49,201 nucleotides of DNA from Chloroflexota bacterium. GTDB lineage: Bacteria > Chloroflexota > Dehalococcoidia > Dehalococcoidales > RBG-16-60-22. The notes under the pieces are model-generated. The model did not search any database, had not been told where the DNA came from, and was given only the letters and a program-made list of their open reading frames with translations. The stretch is taken from the NCBI GenBank assembly GCA_043818095.1, contig JBDRGD010000104.1:1-49201 (forward strand), read 5' to 3'. Below, in pieces: positions 1-7,893 of the stretch. Both the position numbers and the translations under genes were made by a program. Positions within the stretch are counted from its first letter, which is position 1. Every line of letters starts with the position of its first letter.

Positions 1-1
1 C

Positions 2-250
2 ACCGCCGTCGGCGCTTCCGGCGCCGTCTTCGCCATTGCCGGGTCCCTGGTGGCGATAGTGCCCCGGCTGCCCGTGCGCCTGTATTTTTTCATTCCCATG
101 CCGCTCTGGGTGCTGGTGCTCGTCTTCATGGTCTTCTTCTCCTTCATTCCCGGCATCGCCTGGCAGGCGCACCTGGGGGGCCTGCTCTTCGGGCTGGCGG
201 TGGGCTACTATTTCCGCCGGACGCAGCGCCGCCGCTACTACTACGGATGA
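2..250 (+). CDS. Rhomboid family intramembrane serine protease (5' partial, runs off window start)
   Basis: The frame is open from the window edge. The translation TAVGASGAVFAIAGS... carries the rhomboid catalytic GxSGA serine motif, and the downstream AHLGGLLFGLAVG is the catalytic His motif. The protein is hydrophobic throughout. Stop TGA at 248-250. Confidence 0.8.
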   Translation, partial: TAVGASGAVFAIAGSLVAIVPRLPVRLYFFIPMPLWVLVLVFMVFFSFIPGIAWQAHLGGLLFGLAVGYYFRRTQRRRYYYG

Positions 251-274
251 TGCTTTCGGACAATGAAATTCTGC

Positions 275-304
275 TTGACTTTTTTCCATGTCCTTCTTTA
301 TAAT
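275..304 (+). promoter_or_regulatory. Candidate sigma70-type promoter for the tRNA/tuf cluster
   Basis: TTGACT (275-280), 18 nt spacer, TATAAT (299-304), about 40 nt upstream of the first tRNA. Confidence 0.45.
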
Positions 305-342
305 ACGTAGGCTGTTTGCCATCAGCCCGGATGGTTCGGGAT

Positions 343-415
343 GCCCGAGTGGCGCAATGGTAGCGCAACCGATTTGTAATCGGTAGGTTGACGGGTTCGA
401 ATCCCTCCTCGGGCT
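343..415 (+). tRNA. tRNA-Thr (anticodon UGU)
   Basis: Cloverleaf folded by eye. Acceptor GCCCGAG/CTCGGGC, D arm GCGC-AATGGTA-GCGC, anticodon arm ACCGA-TTTGTAA-TCGGT (anticodon TGT), GTTCGAAT T loop. The T stem is irregular (GACGG vs CCCTC, one mismatch or bulge). Confidence 0.8.
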
Positions 416-440
416 GATTCCTGTGTCCGGCAGGCGTTAG

Positions 441-524
441 GGAGGGGTGCCGGAGTGGTTAATCGGAGCAGACTGTAAATCTGCCGCCCTAAGGGCTACG
501 CAGGTTCGAACCCTGCCCCCTCCA
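441..524 (+). tRNA. tRNA-Tyr (anticodon GUA), long variable arm; CCA encoded at 525-527
   Basis: Acceptor GGAGGGG/CCCCTCC, anticodon arm GCAGA-CTGTAAA-TCTGC, long variable arm CGCCCTAAGGGCTAC, T arm GCAGG-TTCGAAC-CCTGC, discriminator A followed by CCA. Confidence 0.93.
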
Positions 525-544
525 CCATTAACGTTAAGCAAGTA

Positions 545-574
545 TGGACAAATACGGTGGGAAATCGTTATAAT
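545..574 (+). promoter_or_regulatory. Candidate internal promoter upstream of tRNA-Thr(GGU)/tuf
   Basis: TGGACA (545-550), 18 nt spacer, TATAAT (569-574), 10 nt before the tRNA start. Confidence 0.35.
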
Positions 575-583
575 GAAACCGAT

Positions 584-656
584 GCCCACATAGCTCAGTC
601 GGTAGAGCACCATCTTGGTAAGATGGGGGTCATCAGTTCGAATCTGATTGTGGGCT
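584..656 (+). tRNA. tRNA-Thr (anticodon GGU)
   Basis: Acceptor GCCCACA/TGTGGGC, D arm GCTC-AGTCGGTA-GAGC, anticodon arm CCATC-TTGGTAA-GATGG, T arm ATCAG-TTCGAAT-CTGAT. All stems are perfect. Confidence 0.93.
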
Positions 657-676
657 TGGAATTAACGGAGGTTGAA

Positions 677-1882
677 ATGGGAAAGCAGAAATTCGATCGC
701 ACTAAACCGCACGTAAATGTGGGCACCATCGGGCACGTTGACCACGGCAAGACGACCCTTACCGCAGCCATCACCCTGGTGCTCTCGAAGCAGGGATTCG
801 GCACCACCTTCCGCGCGTTCGATACGATTGATAACGCGCCGGAGGAAAGGGCGCGCGGTCTGACCATCGCCATTGCCCACATCGAATATGAAACTGCCAA
901 ACGGCATTATGCCCATATCGACTGTCCGGGACACGCGGACTTCATCAAGAATATGATTACCGGCGCGGCGCAGATGGACGGTGCCATCCTCGTCGTCAGC
1001 GCGCCGGACGGCCCCATGCCCCAGACGCGGGAGCACGTGCTGCTCGCCCACCAGGTGCAGGTTCCCAAGATGGTCGTCGCCCTCAACAAGGTGGACATGA
1101 TGGACGACGAGGAGCTGCTGGAACTCGTCGAGGTAGAGGTCCGGGACCTGCTCAACAAGTACGAGTTCCCCGGAGACGATACCCCCGTTGTCCGTGTCAG
1201 CGCTCTGAAAGCCCTTGAGTGCGGCTGCGGCAAGACCGAGTGCCAGTGGTGCGGCGGCATTCTGAAGCTGATGGATGCGGTAGACAATTTTATCCCGATG
1301 CCGGACCGCCCCAAGGACCTGCCCTTCCTGATGCCGATTGAAGACGTTTTCAGCATCAAGGGACGCGGCACCGTACCCACCGGCAGGGTGGAACGCGGCA
1401 CCATCAAGTCCGGGGACGAGGTGGAAATCGTCGGTCTGCACCACGAGGCCAAGAAGGTCGTGGTCACCAGCATGGAAATGTTCCACAAGACCCTGGATTA
1501 CGCGGAAGCCGGCGACGCCGTTGGCTGTCTGCTCCGCGGCGTGGAAAGGGAAGACATCGAGCGCGGCCAGGTACTGGCGGCACCGGGGTCCATCAAGCCC
1601 CACACCCAGGCCGAAGCCCAGGTCTACGTTCTCTCCAAGGAAGAAGGCGGCCGGCATACCCCCTTCTTCAACGGCTATAAACCGCAGTTCTACATCCGCA
1701 CCACGGATGTCACCGGCTCCATCGAGCTGCCCCAGGGCATGGAAATGGTCATGCCCGGAGACAACGTGGTGATGAAGATAAAGCTGCTCTATCCCATCGC
1801 CCTGGAGCAGGGGCTACGCTTCGCCATTCGTGAAGGCGGCCGGACGGTAGGCGCGGGCACCGTCAGTAAGATATTAGAGTAA
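677..1882 (+). CDS. tuf: Elongation factor Tu
   Basis: [36 protein letters not shown] and NKVD GTPase motifs. GGAGG RBS at 668-672. The upstream part of track ORF 557..1882 overlaps tRNA-Thr and is rejected; M41 of that ORF is 677. Confidence 0.97.
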   Translation: MGKQKFDRTKPHVNVGTIGHVDHGKTTLTAAITLVLSKQGFGTTFRAFDTIDNAPEERARGLTIAIAHIEYETAKRHYAHIDCPGHADFIKNMITGAAQMDGAILVVSAPDGPMPQTREHVLLAHQVQVPKMVVALNKVDMMDDEELLELVEVEVRDLLNKYEFPGDDTPVVRVSALKALECGCGKTECQWCGGILKLMDAVDNFIPMPDRPKDLPFLMPIEDVFSIKGRGTVPTGRVERGTIKSGDEVEIVGLHHEAKKVVVTSMEMFHKTLDYAEAGDAVGCLLRGVEREDIERGQVLAAPGSIKPHTQAEAQVYVLSKEEGGRHTPFFNGYKPQFYIRTTDVTGSIELPQGMEMVMPGDNVVMKIKLLYPIALEQGLRFAIREGGRTVGAGTVSKILE

Positions 1883-1883
1883 T

Positions 1884-2051
1884 ATGGCCAAGAAAGCAGA
1901 AGCGAGAAACATCATCCATCTCGCCTGCACGGACTGCAGGGAGAGGACCTATACGACATCCAAGAACCGGAAGAACGACTCTCAGCGGCTGGAGCTAAAG
2001 AAATACTGTCCCCGCTGTCGCGTCCACACTCTTCACCGGGAGGCCAAGTAA
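1884..2051 (+). CDS. rpmG: 50S ribosomal protein L33
   Basis: 55-aa ORF below the track cutoff: [55 protein letters not shown]. It has the L33 CxxC...CxxC zinc ribbon and the conserved position between tuf and secE. Confidence 0.9.
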   Translation: MAKKAEARNIIHLACTDCRERTYTTSKNRKNDSQRLELKKYCPRCRVHTLHREAK

Positions 2052-2087
2052 CACCACGCTACCGGAAGAAGCGGGGAGGTTCCTGAG

Positions 2088-2303
2088 ATGACACATCAGA
2101 CGGCAAGCGCGCGGCAGGGTCGCTTCAGGCTTCGCTATATCGTCGAGATTGTGAACGAACTGAAGAAGGTGGTCTGGCTCAGCCGGAGAGAGGCCACCTA
2201 CCTGACCGTACTGGTGATTATCGTCTCGGCGTTCTTTGCCCTTGTCCTGGGAGGGCTCGACTATATCTTCAGCAAGTTGATTACGTTGTTTATCGGCGGG
2301 TGA
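2088..2303 (+). CDS. secE: Preprotein translocase subunit SecE
   Basis: 71 aa with the ELKKVVWLSRREA motif followed by a single TM helix. GGGGAGG RBS. Conserved position upstream of nusG. Confidence 0.85.
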   Translation: MTHQTASARQGRFRLRYIVEIVNELKKVVWLSRREATYLTVLVIIVSAFFALVLGGLDYIFSKLITLFIGG

Positions 2304-2380
2304 AGCGCGCATGCCGGTTTGCGGTGCGCCTTACGCCCGCCTGGCGATTTTTCACAGCAGGGAAGAAGTGAGGGTATCTC

Positions 2381-2920
2381 TTGGCGGAGAAAGATGATTC
2401 CAAGAAGTGGTATGTGATTCACACCTACTCCGGGTATGAGGAGCGGGTGAAGAAGAACCTTGAGCAGCGTGTCAAGTTCATGGACTCCAGCAACGAGATA
2501 CTCCAGATTGTCATCCCCACGGAGGACGAGGTGGAAGTCCGCAGCGGGCGCCGCCGCACGGTCACCAAGAAAATCCTGCCCGGCTATGTCCTGGTGGAGA
2601 TGAATATGACGGACAACTCCTGGAGCGTGGTGCGCAATACCCCCGGCGTGACCGGCTTCGTGGGCGGGGGCGGTAAGCCCACTCCCCTGCCGCAAGCCGA
2701 GGTGAGCGAAATCCTGAAACAGATGGCGGCGGATACCCCGAAGGTCAAGGTGGGTTACCGCAAGGGCCAGAGCGTCCGCGTGATTGACGGACCGTTTATT
2801 GACTTCGTCGGCCTAGTGGACGAAATCAACCAGGAAAAAGGCAAGCTGAAGGTCCTGCTCTCCCTCTTCGGGCAGGAAACGCCGGTGGAACTGGACTTCC
2901 TTCAGGTGGATAAACTGTGA
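2381..2920 (+). CDS. nusG: Transcription termination/antitermination factor NusG
   Basis: KKWYVIHTYSGYEERVKKNLE NGN domain and a C-terminal KOW (GQSVRVIDGPF). TTG start with a purine-rich RBS upstream. Confidence 0.93.
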   Translation: MAEKDDSKKWYVIHTYSGYEERVKKNLEQRVKFMDSSNEILQIVIPTEDEVEVRSGRRRTVTKKILPGYVLVEMNMTDNSWSVVRNTPGVTGFVGGGGKPTPLPQAEVSEILKQMAADTPKVKVGYRKGQSVRVIDGPFIDFVGLVDEINQEKGKLKVLLSLFGQETPVELDFLQVDKL

Positions 2921-2938
2921 CGGAGGGGAGAAGGTAAG

Positions 2939-3361
2939 ATGGCGAAAAAGGTAAAGACAATCATCAAACTGCAAATCGCGGCCGGGCAGGCAAACCCGGC
3001 GCCGCCCGTGGGCCCCGCGCTGGGCCAGCACGGGATAAACATCATGGGCTTCTGCAAGGAATACAACGAACGCACCGCCGCCCAGGCGGGGTCCATCGTC
3101 CCGGCGGAAATCACCGTTTATGAGGACCGCTCCTTCACCTTCATCACCAAGACGCCGCCCACCGCCGACCTGCTGAAGAAGGCGCTTGGACTGGAAAAGG
3201 GCAGCGGCAATACCGGACACGATGAGGCCGGCACCCTCTCCCGGCAGAAGCTGCATGAAATCGCTGAGATGAAGGCCAAGGACCTGAACGCCAAGAGCCT
3301 GGAAGCCGCGGAAAAAATCGTGGCGGGCACCGCCCGCAGCATGGGAATTAAGGTGGAGTAA
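2939..3361 (+). CDS. rplK: 50S ribosomal protein L11
   Basis: [35 protein letters not shown] is the canonical L11 N-terminus. Confidence 0.97.
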   Translation: MAKKVKTIIKLQIAAGQANPAPPVGPALGQHGINIMGFCKEYNERTAAQAGSIVPAEITVYEDRSFTFITKTPPTADLLKKALGLEKGSGNTGHDEAGTLSRQKLHEIAEMKAKDLNAKSLEAAEKIVAGTARSMGIKVE

Positions 3362-3362
3362 G

Positions 3363-4076
3363 ATGACCAGACACGGAAAGAAATACGAAGCCGCGGTGGC
3401 GCAGATTGACCGCAACGCCGCCTATACCCCGGAGGAAGCGGTCTCCCTGGCGAAGAAGACCGCCCCCGCCGCTTTTGACGAGACCGTAGAGTTGCACCTG
3501 CGCATGGGGCTGGACCCCCGGAACGCCACCCAGCAGGTCAGGGGGGTGGCTTTGCTGCCTCACGGCCTGGGGAAGCAGATACGCGTCCTCGTCTTCGCGC
3601 AGGGTGAGGCGCAGAAGATTGCGGAGACCGCCGGGGCGGACTATGCCGGCGGGGATGAACTGGTGAAAAAGGTAGAGGGCGGCTGGCTGGAGTTCGATAC
3701 CGCCATTGCCACGCCGGACATGATGAGCAGGGTAGGCAGGCTGGGTAAAGTCCTGGGCAGACGGGGCCTGATGCCCAATCCCAAGTCCGGCACCGTCGTC
3801 GCCGCGGAAGACCTGCCCCGCGTTATCGAAGACAGCCGCAAGGGCCGCGTCGAGTTCAAGCTGGACCGCACCTCCATCATTCACCTCCCCCTGGGCAAGG
3901 TCAGCTTTGAAGAGAAGACGCTGCTGGAAAACCTCACCGCCATCGTCGAAGCGGTTATGAAAGCCAAGCCCAGCGGCGCCAAGGGGCAGTATGTCCGGAG
4001 CGCTTTCCTCACCACCACCATGGGACCGGGCATCAAGCTGGACCTCCGCCCTACCCTCTCCCTGACCGCCAGCTGA
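3363..4076 (+). CDS. rplA: 50S ribosomal protein L1
   Basis: KKYEAA...DETVELHLRMGLDPR..QQVRG, an L1 signature. It starts 1 nt after the rplK stop. Confidence 0.97.
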   Translation: MTRHGKKYEAAVAQIDRNAAYTPEEAVSLAKKTAPAAFDETVELHLRMGLDPRNATQQVRGVALLPHGLGKQIRVLVFAQGEAQKIAETAGADYAGGDELVKKVEGGWLEFDTAIATPDMMSRVGRLGKVLGRRGLMPNPKSGTVVAAEDLPRVIEDSRKGRVEFKLDRTSIIHLPLGKVSFEEKTLLENLTAIVEAVMKAKPSGAKGQYVRSAFLTTTMGPGIKLDLRPTLSLTAS

Positions 4077-4262
4077 CTTTACAGGCACGCCGCGGGTGTG
4101 CTAATATTGTAGACAACTGAATAATCGTCCCGAGACAGCGGGTGCCGGAAAAGGCTTAAAGCTTGCCTGCCGAGGACTGGATAAAGCGGGTATCTCCCGA
4201 AAACAAGTCCTTGTGCGTCCGGCACGGGGACTTTTTATTTTACCGGGAACCGGAGGTGAATC
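4077..4262 (+). promoter_or_regulatory. rplJ (L10) leader region with attenuator hairpin
   Basis: 186-nt untranslated spacer between rplA and rplJ, the position of the ribosomal protein L10 leader in many bacteria. It contains a strong hairpin plus U tract immediately before the rplJ RBS (GGAGGTGA). Confidence 0.55.
4206..4241 (+). terminator. Intrinsic terminator/attenuator within the L10 leader
   Basis: 11-bp stem AGTCCTTGTGC / GCACGGGGACT (two G-U pairs), loop GTCCG, followed by TTTTTATTTT. It ends about 20 nt before the rplJ ATG. Confidence 0.55.
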
Positions 4263-4802
4263 ATGCCGACACGAGAAAAGAACCGGGAAAAGAAGGGCCA
4301 GGCCATTGAGGACCTGCAGGAGATCCTGGAGAATGCCGAGATAGGCATCTTCACGGACTACCGCGGGCTGACCACGGCGGAGCTGAATGCCCTGCGCCAG
4401 AAGCTGGACGCGGTACAGGTCAATTACCATATCGTGAAAAACACCCTGGGGCGTTTCGCCGCCACCAGGATGGGACGGGAAGACTTGGTCGCCTTTTTCC
4501 GGGGGCCGCTGGCCATCGCCTTCAGCCAGGGAGAAATCACCGAGTGCGCCCGGGTGCTGACCCAGTACATCCGGGAGGCCAAGTCCGTGATGACCGTCAA
4601 GGGTGGTTTCCTGAGCAACCGGACGCTGACGGCGGCGGAGGTCGAGACCCTCGCCAGACTGCCGTCCCGTGAGGTGCTCATCGCGAAAATGCTGGGCGGG
4701 ATGCAGAGTCCCATTACCGGTCTCGTAAACTGTCTCGCCAGCCCGTTGCGGGGCGTTATGGGCGTTTTACAGGCTAGAATCAAACAGTTGGAGGGAGCAT
4801 AA
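4263..4802 (+). CDS. rplJ: 50S ribosomal protein L10
   Basis: Position upstream of rplL, L10-like sequence ([18 protein letters not shown]), RBS GGAGGTGA. Confidence 0.95.
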   Translation: MPTREKNREKKGQAIEDLQEILENAEIGIFTDYRGLTTAELNALRQKLDAVQVNYHIVKNTLGRFAATRMGREDLVAFFRGPLAIAFSQGEITECARVLTQYIREAKSVMTVKGGFLSNRTLTAAEVETLARLPSREVLIAKMLGGMQSPITGLVNCLASPLRGVMGVLQARIKQLEGA

Positions 4803-4804
4803 AC

Positions 4805-5281
4805 ATGGCAGACGAAGTTACCGCTGAAGCAACCGCAGAAGCAGCCGCGGAAGAACCCAAGAAACCCAAGGCAGCCGCCGCGGGCAAGGCGAAGAAGTCC
4901 GCTTCCATTGACGAGCTCATGGTCACCATCAAGAACATGACCGTCATGGAGCTGGCGGACCTGGTCAAAGCGCTGGAGACGGAGTTCGGCGTGAGCGCCG
5001 CCGTACCGGTCGCCGCAGTCGCCGCCCCGGGCGCGGGGGAAGCCGGACCCGCTGCCGAAGTCGAGGAGCAGACCGAGTTCACCGTTATCCTCAAGGAAAT
5101 CGGCGCCAACAAGATTAACGTCATCAAGGCAGTGCGGGAACTGACCTCTCTCGGGCTCAAAGAGTCCAAGGACCTCGTTGAGGCCGCCCCCAAAGCGGTA
5201 AAAGAGGGCGTCAACAAGGAAGAGGCCCAGACCGCCAAGCAGAAGCTGGAAGCCGCCGGCGCTACCGCGGAAATAAAATAG
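4805..5281 (+). CDS. rplL: 50S ribosomal protein L7/L12 with about 34-aa Ala/Glu/Lys-rich N-terminal extension
   Basis: [32 protein letters not shown] is the L12 N-terminal domain, and the C-terminal domain reads [23 protein letters not shown]. Strong GGAGGGA RBS 8 nt before the ATG at 4805. Confidence 0.93.
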   Translation: MADEVTAEATAEAAAEEPKKPKAAAAGKAKKSASIDELMVTIKNMTVMELADLVKALETEFGVSAAVPVAAVAAPGAGEAGPAAEVEEQTEFTVILKEIGANKINVIKAVRELTSLGLKESKDLVEAAPKAVKEGVNKEEAQTAKQKLEAAGATAEIK

Positions 5282-5320
5282 CCCCGCCGGTGGGTTTTAC
5301 CAGCGATTAGCGGGCAGAGC

Positions 5321-5398
5321 TGCCATTGCGATGAGCATAGCGGCGAAGCAATCACGCTTCCCGGGCCTGGAGATTGCTTCGCTCCGCTGGCAATGACA
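5321..5398. repeat. Two-tier palindromic REP/MITE-like element, copy 1
   Basis: Left arm GCCATTGCGATGAGCATAGCGGCGAAGCAATC, right arm GATTGCTTCGCTCCGCTGGCAATGAC. It shares the cores CATTGCGA...GAAGCAATC / GATTGCTTCG...GCAATGAC with the copies at 8593, 31270 and 32161. Confidence 0.8.
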
Positions 5399-5503
5399 TT
5401 AATGCTAACCGGACGGACCTCTCCGGTGCCCGTCTTGCAAATCGGGCGGGTTTGGTGTATGGTTTTACCACCAGAACACCTTGCCTGAGGAGACTGCGGG
5501 ACG

Positions 5504-5776
5504 ATGGCAAACGGAGAATACATCTTTCTGATTATCGTGGGGGGCGTGTTCCTGCTGCTCGGACTGGCGGCGATGTTCTGGGGGCAGCGGGAAGAAAAGG
5601 GCTATTTTAACGACCTGGCAACGCGCGCCGACGATTTGAGGGAGTTCATGGACCATTGGCCCTCCCGCCCCCAGCCCGGCGCCCTGAAACTGGGCGGCTG
5701 GCTCGCTATCACCATCGGAATACTGCTGGGCGTCCTGGGACTGATTCTACTCCTGCTGAACCAGGGCGCCATCTAG
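5504..5776 (+). CDS. Small hypothetical membrane protein (two predicted TM helices)
   Basis: 90-aa ORF with hydrophobic stretches IFLIIVGGVFLLLGLAAMFW and WLAITIGILLGVLGLILLLL. No recognisable family; weak RBS. Confidence 0.45.
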   Translation: MANGEYIFLIIVGGVFLLLGLAAMFWGQREEKGYFNDLATRADDLREFMDHWPSRPQPGALKLGGWLAITIGILLGVLGLILLLLNQGAI

Positions 5777-5785
5777 CCCGGAAGC

Positions 5786-6280
5786 TCAGTTTCCCGCCGC
5801 CGCACTCTGAAGGCTCAGTTCCTGCAGTTCCGCTTCGATGCGCAGGGCATTACCCTCCTGCTCCCGGGACGGCACTATCCTGCCGTCGCGATAGACCAGC
5901 CAGGACGCCTGCCGCCAGATTTCCGGATAGTCCCACGGGGAAACGGCCGTCATGTCCACCATCACGTTCCAGACAGTTGAGCCGTCGGTAAAGCGGACCA
6001 GCGCCACGTTCCAGTTGTCAGACGCGGCATAGAAGTCCGCCAGGTACAACTTTGCGGCCGAGCTCCCGGCGAGGGCCAGCAGGTGCTCGTAGACCGCCAG
6101 CTCCGCCTGGTCGGCGCTATTGACGGCGGCCTTCTCCGGGGGTTTCGGGGCAGGCGCCGGGGCCTCCGGGGCGGGAGCCGGGGCGGGAAACTGCTGGAAG
6201 TCTTCACACGCGCTCAGACTCAGCAGGACCAGGCCTGCCAGCACGGGAATCAAGCACCACCGGACAAAAGACTGTCTCAT
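5786..6280 (-). CDS. Hypothetical lipoprotein
   Basis: Signal peptide with lipobox LLSLSAC followed by a PAPAPAPEAPAPAPKPP linker. Strong GGAGGTGA RBS upstream on the minus strand. It sits directly downstream of the comM-like gene. Confidence 0.7.
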   Translation of the reverse strand: MRQSFVRWCLIPVLAGLVLLSLSACEDFQQFPAPAPAPEAPAPAPKPPEKAAVNSADQAELAVYEHLLALAGSSAAKLYLADFYAASDNWNVALVRFTDGSTVWNVMVDMTAVSPWDYPEIWRQASWLVYRDGRIVPSREQEGNALRIEAELQELSLQSAAAGN

Positions 6281-6301
6281 TTTCCTCTCACCTCCTGCCT
6301 C

Positions 6302-7822
6302 TCACTCCGTCCGCCGCGGGCGGTACTGGATGGCCTCGGCGACGTGGTGCGCCTTTATCACCTCTGCGCCCTCCAGGTCGGCAATCGTCAGCGCCAGCTT
6401 GAGCACCCGGTGGAAGGCGCGCGCGGAGAGATAAAGCTGCTTCATCGCCGTCTTGAGCAGGCCCTGCGCGGCGTCCTCCACCCGGCAGAACTCGCGGATT
6501 TCCCCGGGCCGCATCTCGGCGTTACAGGTCAGGCGGCTGCCGGCAAAACGCCGCAGTTGTACCTCCCGGGCGGCCTGCACCCGCGCCCGCACCGCTTTCG
6601 ACGGCTCGCCGAGGCGGTCGTCCGCCAGCTTCTCGTAATCGATGCGCGGCACCTCCGCGAAGATGTCCACCCGGTCCAGGAAAGGCCCGCTGATGCGGTG
6701 CTGGTAGCGGGAGACCATGCCCGGAGAGCAGGTGCAGGGACGGAAGGCATCGCCGTAATATCCGCAGGGGCAGGGGTTCATCGCCCCCACCAGCATGAAA
6801 TGGGCGGGAAAAGTGAACGTGCCCTGCGCGCGGCTGATGGTCACCACGCCGTCTTCCAGCGGCTGGCGCAGCACCTCCAGCAGGGAATGCCCGAACTCCG
6901 GCAGCTCGTCCAGGAAGAGGACGCCGCGGTGGCTCAGGCTGATTTCCCCCGGATGGGGCACGCGCCCCCCGCCCACCAGCCCCACGTCCGAGATGGTGTA
7001 ATGCGGGGCACGGAAGGGACGCTGCCGGACCAGGGGCGTTTCCGGCGGCAGCAGCCCGCCGACGCTGTAAATCTTGGTCACCTCCAGGGCCTCCGCCGCG
7101 GTCATCGGGGGCAGCACGGAAGGCAGCGCCCGCGCCAGCAGGGTCTTGCCGCTGCCCGGCGGCCCGGACATAATCATGTTGTGCCCGCCTGCGGCCGCCA
7201 CCTCGAGGGCGCGCTTGACGTGCTCCTGCCCTTTAATGAAGGAGAGGTCCGTCATCTCGGGAGCAGGCGACGGGTCGTCCGCCAGCGCGGCCTTGGCCGG
7301 CTCCGGCGCCGGTATCTCCCCCCGCAGGTACTCGGTCAGCCGGGAAAGCGTGGCGAAGGGGATGATTTTCACACCGTCCACCAGGGACGCCTCCCGGGCG
7401 TCAGCTTCCGGCACGATGACCGCGGGGACACCTTCCTCACGCGCCAGGATGACCATCGGCAGCACGCCGTTGGTGTGCCGCAGGCCGCCGTCCAGGGAAA
7501 GCTCGCCCAGGAAAAGCACACCATTGACATCGGCGGACACCTGCCCGGAACTCATGAGGATACCGAGGGCGATGGGCAAATCATAAGAAGGCCCCGCCTT
7601 TTTCAGGTCCGCCGGGGCGAGGTTGACGATGACGCGTTTCATGGGGAAGGTGCCGCCGGAGTTGCGTATCGCCGCGCGGACCCTTTCTTTCGCCTCCTGG
7701 ACGGCCGCGTCCGGCAACCCGACAATCGTAAAGGAGGGCAGCCCCGGAGCGATGTCCACCTCAGCCTCCACCACCCTGCCCTCCAGCCCCACGATGGCGG
7801 CGGTCCTCACCTTAGCCAGCAT
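6302..7822 (-). CDS. comM: YifB/ComM family Mg-chelatase-like ATPase
   Basis: MLAKVRTAAIVGLEGRVVEAEVDI N-terminus, Walker A MSGPPGSGKT, Walker B VLFLDELPEF, C-terminal ChlI-like domain. The start is M253 of track ORF 6302..8578; GGAGG RBS. Confidence 0.9.
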   Translation of the reverse strand: MLAKVRTAAIVGLEGRVVEAEVDIAPGLPSFTIVGLPDAAVQEAKERVRAAIRNSGGTFPMKRVIVNLAPADLKKAGPSYDLPIALGILMSSGQVSADVNGVLFLGELSLDGGLRHTNGVLPMVILAREEGVPAVIVPEADAREASLVDGVKIIPFATLSRLTEYLRGEIPAPEPAKAALADDPSPAPEMTDLSFIKGQEHVKRALEVAAAGGHNMIMSGPPGSGKTLLARALPSVLPPMTAAEALEVTKIYSVGGLLPPETPLVRQRPFRAPHYTISDVGLVGGGRVPHPGEISLSHRGVLFLDELPEFGHSLLEVLRQPLEDGVVTISRAQGTFTFPAHFMLVGAMNPCPCGYYGDAFRPCTCSPGMVSRYQHRISGPFLDRVDIFAEVPRIDYEKLADDRLGEPSKAVRARVQAAREVQLRRFAGSRLTCNAEMRPGEIREFCRVEDAAQGLLKTAMKQLYLSARAFHRVLKLALTIADLEGAEVIKAHHVAEAIQYRPRRTE

Positions 7823-7893
7823 TGGAATCCTCCCGCCCTTTAACCACGGACTCATTGTAACGGAAACCGCCGGGAGTGGCAAACGTGGGGATA

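Noticed and set aside
557-676. N-terminal 40 codons of track ORF 557..1882, which would extend EF-Tu upstream.
   Set aside because: The extension is the translation of tRNA-Thr(GGU) (584..656). The canonical EF-Tu N-terminus MGKQKF with a GGAGG RBS starts at 677.
6083-7843. Very long ORFs antisense to recognised genes: 6083..7843(+), 10335..11549(-), 24987..26561(-), 28792..29859(-), 34283..35824(-), 39716..41464(-), 41471..42601(-), 8728..9804(-) and 3348..4088(-).
   Set aside because: Each lies opposite a gene with clear family motifs (comM, etfB/prmC, pilB, pilMN, GH3, uvrC, DRG-like GTPase, prfA, rplA). Their translations are Arg/Gly/Pro/His-rich low-complexity sequence typical of shadow ORFs in GC-rich DNA. 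They lack RBSs.
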